Of a stretch of 64,000 nt of DNA, positions 26,026 through 36,688 are shown one piece after another. Source of the stretch: Pseudogymnoascus verrucosus (lineage: Eukaryota); the NCBI GenBank assembly GCA_001662655.1, contig KV460208.1. The stretch is one strand, 5' to 3'. Both the position numbers and the translations under genes were made by a program. Within the stretch, counting starts at the first letter, position 1, and every line of letters begins with the position of its first letter. A model generated the notes under the pieces. It saw only the letters and a list, made by a program, of their open reading frames with translations. It made no database searches and had not been told where the DNA came from.

Positions 26026-27673
26026 CTATCTTCTCCATAACGCAACCTTGACACCGCCAAAGTGACTGAACGTCAGGGCTAGATTTTCCCGAAAAACGCC
26101 CCCTCGCGGCTCTATCTGTTTAAAGCTCTGCACAAGACGAGTAACAACATATCCGGCTTCCATCAACGCGCTTTGTTGTCCTAAACATATGCGTGGACCG
26201 CCGTTAAAAGGAAGATACGCCCAGCCCGGCCGCAGCGGCTTCTCCGAGTCCAGCCAACGGCCAGGATGGAAGTCTTCCGCATTGGATCCGTAAACCTCGG
26301 GCAAGCGGTGCATCGTCCATACACCGTAGCTCAATGCTGTGCCTTTGGCGATGAACACCGGGGATTTTCCGTCCGGCCCGCCGCCGCGCGGGATGGTGGT
26401 ATGGCGGCTTGCGAAGCGCATGTTTAGAGGAACCGGAGGATGTAGGCGGAGGGCTGTTGACCAGGTTAGCACTCTTTCAATTTGAATCTTCGTCGCGCGG
26501 ACAGCAAATACACCAATGTATAGAGAATATACTCACTTTCGTCTAAAACGGCCCTGAGATATCGCATTCTCTTCAGAGTATCGTAATTTGGGAGCTCACC
26601 CCCCAAGTCATCCACCTCGGCCACCAGCTTACGCCAGACTTCCGGGGATCGGGCCAGAAAGTACATGATACTACTTAACAATCCAGCAGTTGTATCTCGA
26701 GCGGCCAGTAGGACATTCAATAGCTCATTTCGTAGCTGGATGGGATCACTGCACACCGCAGAGAGCTCAGACAGGAGGTTGTATCGTTTGGCCTTCACGT
26801 CACCACTACCAAGGGCAGCCCCTCCTTTCTTAGTACTGAGAAATTCAGCAATATAGTTATCAACAACGGAGTGAACAATGTCGCAGGAAGACTCAAACTT
26901 GGCATCTCGCATGAGGAAGGCTAGCTTTCCAAGCCGCAGCCGATCATTCGAGCGGCTCTCAGCATAGTCCCAGGCCTCGGAAAAATACTCCATGCTTGGA
27001 TCTGTCTGACAGTTAATGGAGCGCCCCAGCAGGAACTCTGTAGCGTTATCTATGGTGAAATTGAAAAACAAATGCTGCATGTCCACGGTGCCGCCATCCT
27101 CGGGTAGTTTCTTGATGAGATTCTGGACGTGCGTTTCGATGCTGTCCAGGTCGGCTACTTGAGCCCTGGTGAAACTTGGCCGAATAAGAGCCTGTGGTCA
27201 ATTTTAGCCTCTGGTTCAGCATCAGATTCCAATAGACAGACTCTGGAATGCTCCCAATGAACGCCATCAGTGGTAAAAATACCCCTCCCCATCAGCCTTC
27301 CCATGGCGCTCATTCGGGGACCAACAACAAAATCGTCGAAGTTTGTGGCGAGAATGGATTTTACGTTCTCTGGCTCGCATGTTGATACAAATGTTTGGCC
27401 CATGAGATTTATCGTCATTGTGCGGGCCACGGTCAAGCTGCGCCGGACATTGGTCTCAAGTGCCTTTCTCTCAACGGCATTTTGCTTGATAGTCTTGAAG
27501 AGGTCCAGACCCAGAATCGGATCGAGCTGGGGAAGCCGTGTCGGCGGTTTACAACCGTGCAGTCTTTTAAACGTCGATGTCTCTACTGAATATATGACCC
27601 GACGTACAATGGCATAGCCGATCAGGCCGATCAGCGCTATGAAAATGCTCTGGCGGAGGTTCAATGAGTCCAT
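26026..27673 (-). CDS. cytochrome P450, CYP52-clan (alkane/fatty-acid omega-hydroxylase-like)
   Basis: Three exons: TCEPENVKSILATNFDDF, GIFTTDG.HWEHSR, I-helix LLNVLLAARDTTA, LRLHPPVP.N.R, TTIPRGGGPDGKSP and heme motif YLPFNGGPRICLG. Confidence 0.92.
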
Positions 27674-28370
27674 TGTGATGGTGGGCATAAACACATTGAT
27701 TATCACAATGCGTAGAAAGTAGCCGTTATTATGCGTGGCATGTAAAACTAACTATTGGTGGAGTCGATGACAATTGCCAACTGGGGGGAATTTGTGAAGT
27801 GCGTTTCTACATTGATTCTAACACTCAATTTAGTATATATTCCAGTCAGCATCCCCCCACAACATGACCCGACGATAGCCCACCTATGGGTAATATTCGG
27901 CATTCGCATCCTTTCATGATTATTGTCATTGGAAGAATTCTAATGACTTATTTCAAACGGCTAATATTTTGATCCATACTTTCGACTCTTTCGGTATGTC
28001 ATAAGACTGCCTAAAGTAGCAGTGGTATCCCATTCAGGCTGACACATGAATAGATAGATGAACTAGGCCGAACGAGCGCTGACTTAGTCCGAATTAGTCC
28101 AGTCATATCAGTGTCTGATTCTTTTTTCGTCTAACCCAAATATACCATCAACCTGATTAAGAGGTGTTATCATATTTGTTAGCTAGGTGAATTAGTATGA
28201 AGCTCCACAGATAGACTTGCCAGTTATATGTCCGCCATCAACTCAGAGACACCGCAAAAAAATAATCGCCATTACTTTGATATACATATTTTGTTTTACT
28301 GAACCATCAACTGTGTTCTTTACCTCGTACATGCTATATTTTACTGCATAGACCAAATAATTCGTTCACA

Positions 28371-29489
28371 ATGGCCAGCGCAGCAATCCTACAATACCCT
28401 GTGACGCTGCCAACAACACAGACAGCCGTCATAGCGAGCGAGACGGGAGATTTCGAGATCTCTTCTAATGTCCCTCTGCCATCCCTCCAACCCGATGAGA
28501 TTCTTATCAAGACAGCCGCAGTAGGCTTGAACCCCGTCGATACCAAACTTGTCGGAGACTTTGTTACACCAGGATGCATTTTTGGTTTCGACTGTGCAGG
28601 AATTGTGGTTGCCATTGGATCAAGCGATGTGCACAAGGCTCGTGGTATATCTGTCGGTGACCGCGTCTGTGGCTCTGCCAGTGGCATGAACAAACTGAAA
28701 CCTCTGGGAGGTGCATTTGCCGAGCATGTCGTGTTACCAGGAAGTTTGACTCTGAAAATCCCCGACTCTCTACCTATGGAGGATGCAGCGGCTCTCGGTA
28801 CCGCTGTTGCCTCTGCCGCCATGGCCCTCTTTTGGTCCTTGGGGATAGACCCAGCTCTGTTTGGCACGGGGGGAGATAATAAAACCGGCGATGAGGCACC
28901 AAAAGCTCTCGTTTACGGAGGTAGCACCTGTACGGGCACCATGGTCATCCAGCTCCTGCGACTATGTGGCTTCCACGTCCTCACCACCTGCTCTCCACGC
29001 AACTTCAAACTCGCCAAGTCCTTCGGTGCCCATGAAACCTTCGACTACAAGTCATCGGGATGTGCTGCCGACATCCGTGCGCATTGCGATAACGCTCTTG
29101 AATACGCCGTCGACTGCGTTGCCGAGGACTCAACCATGAAGTTCTGCTACGCAGCTATCGGGCGTGCTGGCGGAAAATACACGGCCCTCAACCCTTTTAA
29201 CGACACACTTGCCACACGCAAAGTCATTCAACCCGACTGGATTCTTGCCACGCGTATCACGGGCGACGCCTCGTCCTGGCCTGCTCCGTACGCGTGCGAG
29301 CCCGAGCCGCGTCTGCTTGAAATGGCCGGCCCGGTCTTTGAGAAAATACAACAGCTCCTGCTTGAGGGCAAGATCCGTGCTCATCCTGTTCGCGTGGAAG
29401 AGGGCGGATGGCACGGCTTACTTAATGGAGTCCAGATTATCCGCAAGGGGGAGGTTAGCGGGCAGAAATTGGTGTACAAGCTTTCCTAG
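28371..29489 (+). CDS. trans-acting enoyl reductase (LovC/TenC/CcsC-like)
   Basis: 372-aa intronless ORF: AVGLNPVDTK, GFDCAG.VV.IG, GGAFAEHV, LVYGGSTCTG, TTCSPRNF.L.KSFGA, GEVSGQKLVY. Confidence 0.95.
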   Translation: MASAAILQYPVTLPTTQTAVIASETGDFEISSNVPLPSLQPDEILIKTAAVGLNPVDTKLVGDFVTPGCIFGFDCAGIVVAIGSSDVHKARGISVGDRVCGSASGMNKLKPLGGAFAEHVVLPGSLTLKIPDSLPMEDAAALGTAVASAAMALFWSLGIDPALFGTGGDNKTGDEAPKALVYGGSTCTGTMVIQLLRLCGFHVLTTCSPRNFKLAKSFGAHETFDYKSSGCAADIRAHCDNALEYAVDCVAEDSTMKFCYAAIGRAGGKYTALNPFNDTLATRKVIQPDWILATRITGDASSWPAPYACEPEPRLLEMAGPVFEKIQQLLLEGKIRAHPVRVEEGGWHGLLNGVQIIRKGEVSGQKLVYKLS

Positions 29490-30011
29490 TCCTAGCGGAT
29501 GGATTTGGGTATGGTTTTAGTTTTGTCTGTGAGCTGAATTTGAAGTTGGAATAGACACGATGAAATGCCTTTAGGCCGCGATGCTTTTAAATCAATTGCT
29601 ATTACTGTTTTACCTCTAGGCTCGTTCGAGTACCTAGCTTTTTTATTTTATTTTATTTTTGTTTTGGCACAACCACCGAAATTGTCTCTCGGACGTCTCT
29701 TTAATTAACTAACATATTTTTACGAAATAGTCTGTATAAGAACCATTAATTTTTTACAGCGTGGCTATGATTTAGCGAATAATTAAACCGAGTTTAAATC
29801 GCATGTGTAGGATACAATGAATTAGATTGGTGATTTTCTCTGCCCCGAACTAAATAATCAACCAAAACCAGCAATTTAAATACAGTATTGCAAACCTATT
29901 GCTAGTAGAGCATCAGCACCACGTATAATAGTTGATATGCTAAGCGGCCACCGGTGCCAGAGTTCTGTGGATTCTTACCTATGGGTACCTATAACGAACG
30001 GGAGCACATCT

Positions 30012-30094
30012 GGCCGGGTGGTGTAGTTGGTTATCACGTTTCGTTAACATTTAATGTGCCGAAAAGGTCCTGGGATCGAACCCCAGCCTGGTCA
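30012..30094 (+). tRNA. tRNA-Val(AAC) with 9-nt intron
   Basis: Acceptor GGCCGGG/CCTGGTC plus A; A-box TGGTGTAGTTGG; anticodon arm TTTCG-TT AAC A[tttaatgtg, 30050-30058]C-CGAAA; T-arm CTGGG-ATCGAAC-CCCAG; oligo-T Pol III terminator ~30099-30103. Confidence 0.9.
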
Positions 30095-30518
30095 ATTCTT
30101 TTTGCCGTTCTCGGTGTCGTTATTGATGCAAAAACAAATTACTTTTTGAGCGGGGCCGTTACTAGTGCGTTTATCGTTTTTTAGGTGGTTTAATGTGGGA
30201 CTTTCGGCTAACCTACAACCTCCTATAAAGGTAAGGCGCGCCATTCTTGAAGAGGAAATTGATGACATGCGTGCTTCAGGGAAAGGTTTGGCTTGTATTT
30301 TTTGGCACATGGGCGTGTCAAAGTCCGAGTCTCCGGGCTTCGGAACCGAAACAATGGAGATGAGAGGAATAGTGCCCCTTTAAATTCATTCGGACGTAAT
30401 CAGCAATCTCTCGTTAATTCCTGATGTTGTTGCTCTTTCTACAAGGGCCGATGCCTCACGTCGGACGCAAAGTTGAACACTGAAAACTTCTAATATCATA
30501 TTCCCATCTTGCTAAATC

Positions 30519-32306
30519 ATGGCTATTCTCAGTGCCAAATTGATATTGGTTGCATCTGGGGCACTTTCTTATGTCTTGGTTCAACATGCCCCCGAATCTC
30601 TGCCTCCGCCTCTGAGAACCAGCTATATCGGAGTGTTTGCTTCGCTATGTCTCGTTCAATTTGTAGCATTGTTCACATATGCCATGTTTCTGAAACCATT
30701 CTGGCTCAGTCCTTTAACCAAGCTGCCACAGCCAAAGGTCCGTACGGAATCTAGTCTCGGACGTGTTTTTAGCGTTTTAACATGTTCCAGGGGGGAGGGC
30801 TTCTGAATGGCCATTTCAAGACAATCTATTCCTCTGGAGCCGGAGAAACTGAAAAGAAATGGTACGTTTTCCGCACGGTATTTGCCATGATGATGTGAAG
30901 AAAACGTCAAATAGCAGCTGAGAAATTGCGGATGCAGGTTCAACGAAATACCAAACGACGGCCTCATTTATTATCGCGGATTGTTAAATAATGCTAATGT
31001 CATTGTCACCTCACCTGAAACCCTCCAAGAGGTCTTGACGAGAACGTACGAATTTCCCAAGCCCGTGGGAATTATATACTTGGTTGGTCGAGTACTAGGT
31101 ATTGGCCTAGTGCTGTCCGAAGGCGACGTTCACAAGCAGCAACGAAGGACTTTCCTGCCAGCATTTGCTCCCAGACACGTTCGCGACATGTATCCCATAT
31201 TTTGGTCCAAGGCTTGCCAGGCAGTAACAAATCTAACTTACATCGGCAATGGAGAACAGCTGGAATTTGAAGTCGGTCATTGGGCCTCCCGAACTGCAAT
31301 CGATATCATCACCATGGCCATGATGGGCAAAGATTTCGGTGCCATTGCCGACGCTAATGCCCCTCTCTTTAAGGTTTATCGGGCTTTGCTTGAGCCCACT
31401 CGAGCCTTTCTCGTTCTGGCGATGATGAAGGCCTTCTTCCCAGCGCCCCTCGTCGACCGTCTTCCTGTGAAGTGGAACAGGTGGATGGACGAGGCAGTGG
31501 AGACCATCCGTGGTACTTGCCGCGGCATGCTGCGCGAGAAGAAGCAAAAATTAGCAGAAAAGTCCCTTCTTGAGAAGGACTTTCTCAGCATAGCTGTTCA
31601 GTACGAGGATATCGCCCAAGTATCCGAAGATGGTGTTATCGACCAGTTGACCAACGCCCTCGGCGCCGGACACGAGACCATCTCCGTCGCCATTACATGG
31701 GTTGTTTACATGCTCTGTGTTCATCCTGAATGGCAAACACGATTACGAGAGGAGGTTCGAACAAACTTCCCTAGTCCTACTGAACTAGCGGAGACCGGAC
31801 GGGAGGCCACGGCTTCGGATGTCGACAACATGCCCTTCCTGCAAGCTTTCATCAACGAAACTCTCCGTCGCTTCCCCCCGGTCCCTGTGACTGCGCGTTG
31901 GGCTACCAATGATTCCATTATCGCCGGCCAATTAATTCCCAGTGGTACACGCATAGCTATCCCTATCAAAGCTGTGAATTGGGACAAACGTCTCTGGGGC
32001 CCTGATGCTCACGAGTTCAAACCCGAGCGGTGGCTGGGCCCGGATGGCAGGCTATCAGGGACCGGCGGTGCAAACTCCAAATACTCTAACTTAACTTTTT
32101 TGCAGGGAACGCGTGCTTGCGTCGCTCAAGTTCTTGTCAAGGCGGAAATGGCCTGCGTTGTCGGCTCTTGGGTTGGACGCTTTGACCTTAGTCTCGTGGA
32201 TGAGACCCTTCTAGACGAAGCAAACATGAAAATTTCGGGGGGCAGTCTGTCTGGAAAACCTCTTCACGGTTTGCATGTCAAAGCACGGGTGTTGGAAGGG
32301 TGGTAG
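30519..32306 (+). CDS. cytochrome P450, CYP617/FUM15-like
   Basis: N-terminal anchor exon 30519.., two introns, then NEIPNDGLIYYRG, GLVLSEGDVHKQQRR, I-helix GAGHET, ETLRRFPPVP, FKPERW and heme motif TFLQGTRACVA. Confidence 0.9.
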
Positions 32307-33425
32307 ATGGAGAAGCCAAAAGGCCGTGAGATAGAAAAACGGCCCAAAGATAGCAAGTAGTTCCATTATTGCTAGTCAATCAATGCCGAGATAGTTATGC
32401 GGAACTATTTGCGTTAGAATGGGCTGCATGCCTAAAGATCAGGCTATAGTTTTGCTCTTGGTTCGGATTTTTGCTACGTATGTGCGCGAGTTTGGGGTGT
32501 TGTTATTATTAGCCTCATTAAGCTAGCTAATCTTGAACTTTGTTTCGTATCCAATCAAAGTACAGGGGTTAGCCAAATACAGTATAGTTTAGATGTACTT
32601 CGCCTCAAATGGCAAGAACGGCCCTCACCAGTCAGCAAGCGGTTACTAGATGTAGCTGAGATGTTCAAATTGCTAAACTGGGAAACAAGAAATATACGCT
32701 TGCTCCTCATCTCAAGTAGGAAATCTGACAAGAGACATGAAGTTATAAGACTGTCCGCAAATGGCATCTCTATGTCATAACTCTGGCCTACAGGCGACTA
32801 CAAAGGTATTGCTGACAGGAAGAGCTACCGGATTGAGCATCTACAGCTGCGTGCTGACATCTTCCACGGAACATTCAACCTCGCCCTGACCCTTGGCTCG
32901 TGCTGATACCCCCGCGTACTATTCCTAGCCTTCTTCTCTGAGCTATGCTTTAGATTATAGCTCGTTCCAACCTAGGCGATGGGATATCGAACTGCCTCGT
33001 GGCTTGGCTACGCCATCCATAAGCTGTAGTTCTGTGTGCATTTTCTGTAGCTGCACACAAATTTAAATCCGATTAAAGCATGCTCGAAGTGGCAACTCGT
33101 AAGGTGCTTCAACCGCTGCTTCACAGGAGAGAAGGAGAATCCTCGGGGTTTCTAGGGTAGTGCGGTTTGTGCTAAATCTAGATAACTCTCGGCAATGAGA
33201 CGTGGTCAAGTCGACTTTGGTTGGCGTAGTGCTCCCAGTATTACCGTTTGAGTTTCGAGCACCCGAAACTCGGCCATCTACTTGCAGAAATAAAAAAGAC
33301 ACTAATGGCCCGGTCATAGTGCCTAGTCTTGTGAGACCATCAGGCTGTTTTGTTTGATACAATTGCTGGCTCCGTCTGGTCTCCATCTTCAACAGCTTCA
33401 AAACTACACCTGTGAAATTGTCACA

Positions 33426-34841
33426 ATGGGCGTCAATCTTCCCCAAATCACTCTCGACACCACCCTTACTACTCTATATACTCTCGATGGCGGAAACCCT
33501 CAAGACCTGTCCATTGTCACCGTGATCCCGCCTCCAACCCAGGTGTCCTCGTCTCTTCCATCCAACACCAAGTTCGTGTACCAGCATCCGAATCATGAAA
33601 AGTTTGACGACGATATTTACGCCCGCATTTTACTTGGGGCGGTCGCCCAGCACCTCAGCTTTGTTGCGGGTTCTATTCCCGTCAACCTATTCGATATCGA
33701 CAAGACCTATATCCAATCCTGGTTGAGTTTGATTTGGACTTCGATTCCGGGACACCAAGTGGACGCGCAGCGAGTTTACGATGTTCTCGTTCCAACACAA
33801 AGACCGAGACTAGACTTCATCACCAGTCCAGACGACTTTCTGCCCATTGCGCCGAGTGGGAAACTCGCTACTGTGGTTGCAAGCAATCCTCTAGATTGCC
33901 TGAGCAAACTTCCGGGAATTATTACTCCTGAAATCCATTACAAGCTTCTTTCCAAGCATGACCTCGTCCACTCTGGACTGCCGATGCCTCCCAGCGACGT
34001 ATTGACGACGTCCCTCACACCTGCAGAGGTAGAAGACGATTCTCTCGTTAGACGCGAAAGCAGTCGCTTTATCAATGCCGTGAAAAGTCGCGCATTGCCC
34101 TTCGTGCTCAAGTTCCCACAGTCTCTCGCCGGATACGGTGTATTTGTCGTGCGCACAGAAACAGACCGAGACGCCTGCATCGCAATTCTTCAGACTGAAA
34201 TTGCCCTAATGATCCGCTCACTCAATGCTTCTAACGCACATCTTAATCCTGTGAGCCTCATATTCCAGGATATGCTTCCTGGCGGGGCTGTCGCGCACAA
34301 CATCTTTGTCACCAAGACAGGTCGGCCTGTATTCATAGGAACCTGCGAGCAAGTCATTGACAAACAAGGTAACTGGTCCGGCGCCATGGCCGACTACAAA
34401 CGCCAAGAGGAGCTGGGCAAGTTGTACGCACCAACGACAGCAAAGATGGCTGAGTACGTCTTCTCAAAGGGATACTACGGTCCTATGGGGGCTGATATCA
34501 TGATATCTGAAGGCCAGCAGTATGTGATTGACCTCAATGTTCGCCTTACCGGGTCGTACTCCCTGAGTCTACTCAAGGGACACTTTAGCGAGTGCCGTGG
34601 ACTGCATTTTGCCACTCTGATGTCGCCGGTCCCGATGATGGGAGACAGGAATGCATTCGAGAGGAAGTTTGTGAGCCAGCTGGAGAGCGGCCGGCTTGTC
34701 ATTGTTGGCTGGTGCGAAGGGCGTTTTGGCCCTGGACGTCTTATCAAATATAGCATGGGCTGTATCGTGGTCGGTGGGGAGGATAAAGCTACGATGATGG
34801 ACCTGGTCGAGCGTGTGAACGAGGTCAAGATTAAGCGCTAA
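33426..34841 (+). CDS. ATP-grasp fold protein, putative carboxylate-amine ligase (471 aa)
   Basis: Intronless ORF, probable start MGVNLPQ. ATP-grasp-type motifs LPFVLKFPQSLAGYGVFVV, LIFQDMLPG, GYYGPMGADIM and YVIDLNVRLTGS. Confidence 0.8.
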   Translation: MGVNLPQITLDTTLTTLYTLDGGNPQDLSIVTVIPPPTQVSSSLPSNTKFVYQHPNHEKFDDDIYARILLGAVAQHLSFVAGSIPVNLFDIDKTYIQSWLSLIWTSIPGHQVDAQRVYDVLVPTQRPRLDFITSPDDFLPIAPSGKLATVVASNPLDCLSKLPGIITPEIHYKLLSKHDLVHSGLPMPPSDVLTTSLTPAEVEDDSLVRRESSRFINAVKSRALPFVLKFPQSLAGYGVFVVRTETDRDACIAILQTEIALMIRSLNASNAHLNPVSLIFQDMLPGGAVAHNIFVTKTGRPVFIGTCEQVIDKQGNWSGAMADYKRQEELGKLYAPTTAKMAEYVFSKGYYGPMGADIMISEGQQYVIDLNVRLTGSYSLSLLKGHFSECRGLHFATLMSPVPMMGDRNAFERKFVSQLESGRLVIVGWCEGRFGPGRLIKYSMGCIVVGGEDKATMMDLVERVNEVKIKR

Positions 34842-35158
34842 TGCGTTTTGTGTTAACACTTAGCTCTGCTGAAGTATGCTACAAGCAACGGTGAAAGGGG
34901 CCTTAGTCATGGAATTATCCAACATCCGCTATTTTGAATTGCCGCGTTCTTCCTCAACCAGAAGTTCCAACGTCACCGAACTTCACAGCTTGCCAGAAAG
35001 ACGAAAGCATATTGCCCAAAGTGTTAAAATTATTGTCAAGGATTTCGAGCTTTTCGCAAATAAGATTAGTTATATATCTCTAGATAATGCGTCTGACAAT
35101 GAATCCCCAATCTCATACATGCCTCATTCTCTGTTCATGTCCAGTAAATATATGCTAG

Positions 35159-35758
35159 CTATTCTACCCAATCGTAGACCATTTTTACAGTTACAGCCTC
35201 AGGAGTAACATGTCCAAATTCCGTGCCTTTCTGCACCACTACTCGGCGCACATGGTAGCGTTTGCCGTCAATAACCTCAAAGCCCCATGCCTGCCAGCTT
35301 GTCCAACCAGCACCCAGACTTTGGACTTCAATGAGCTCTTCTGTTCCATCCTCCCAGTTGTTGAGCAGTAACTCGTTCTCAATTTCGTGAACGGCGCAAA
35401 TACGATTCTTAGTTTTCACATCACCAAATACAACGTGAGACGTGGCTGCTTCCACCCAGTCAAGAGCTCGCTCTTCTGTCATGGTGCGGCCAATTGTGCT
35501 TTGCTTCGTAATTATTTTTTCGACTCCTGTATCCGAATCTCGGATCTGTTCGAGCGATAGAGAGATAGGAGCTCGAGATAGTGCAGTGCGGAGTAGGATG
35601 TTGACACCCTGGACGGCCATGGCTGCCGCTATGTCATCAGATAATCCATGGTTCTAACCACCGATTAGAAACTTGGACTTTATCTTTGATGGCAGTAAAC
35701 TTGCAAATTTCCATTGACCGTTCAAGTCGTGGACACTTTTTTCCTGTGGCGCTGCCAT
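35159..35758 (-). CDS. PydY-like putative pericyclase (small beta-barrel-type protein, ~182 aa)
   Basis: Exon 1 MAAPQEKSVHDLNGQWKF, GC-AG intron 35704-35654, exon 2 NHGLSDD..AMAVQGV..LLR.A...EERALDW...HVVFG...WTSWQAWGFEVIDGKRYHVRRVVV. This pattern matches my recollection of the PydY-like family. Confidence 0.7.
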
Positions 35759-36688
35759 GTCGCTGTTGCAACTCTGTCCTTGTGATGCTCAAGGTTTGAG
35801 TTTCCAGAAAAAATACACGATTAGTTTTATTGCAGAATAAGATTCGGTTCATCTGTTTCAGTTTCACGTAACTGTCATACTTTCAAACCTGGTTCCTGGC
35901 ATGGTACCTGATGTGGTTCCTGATATGATTGCTGACATGACAAGGAGTCTCTCCAAATATGGATGCTGACACAGCTGTGCCCCGATTTGGGCATCATCCA
36001 CTAACCTCCGTTATATCAGCAATTCACATACGCCCAATCGCGTAATTCTCTAAGAGGACAAAACTAGGCCTCCAAGTAGGTCCTAAGACTTAGTGTTCTA
36101 GTCTGCTTTAGATGGATCAGCAATGTAACATAGTCTATGTAATATCACCCACGTGTTAGGTGCATGAACGTCGCGGCTTTCTATATGAAAATAGGCATCA
36201 TAAATATATATATTTTCGTCGCACACTATATACTAGGTTTAGGATCAAGCACTCGTTACATCACCGGGTACACTCTTCAATTTCAACATTACTGGTTACA
36301 TGATTCTATCTGTTGTTGAAGCCTCCATCGCCTTCAAAACAACACCAGTGTTTCTCGCATCTTTCAACTAGAAAGCATACACCCAACCTACTCGCAAGCT
36401 CTTGTCGATACTCTGTCACCTCTCCACCAATATAAAATCGGAATTTATTACCGGTAGTTGTTGTCACGAACGAATTGTCACTCTGGTCTACCTTGCGTCC
36501 ATTAGCTTCCATAAGCCTTCAAACAGATCACTATCTCGGCGGTTTTCACGAACGTGTTATCACTTTATATACCTTGCTTCCATTAGCCTCCAAACACCCC
36601 GCTATATCTGGGCGGTTTCTAAACACTCGAGGTTATCAAATAACATCAAATTTACTTTACGGAAAGTTTACACACCAGATTCGCCACA

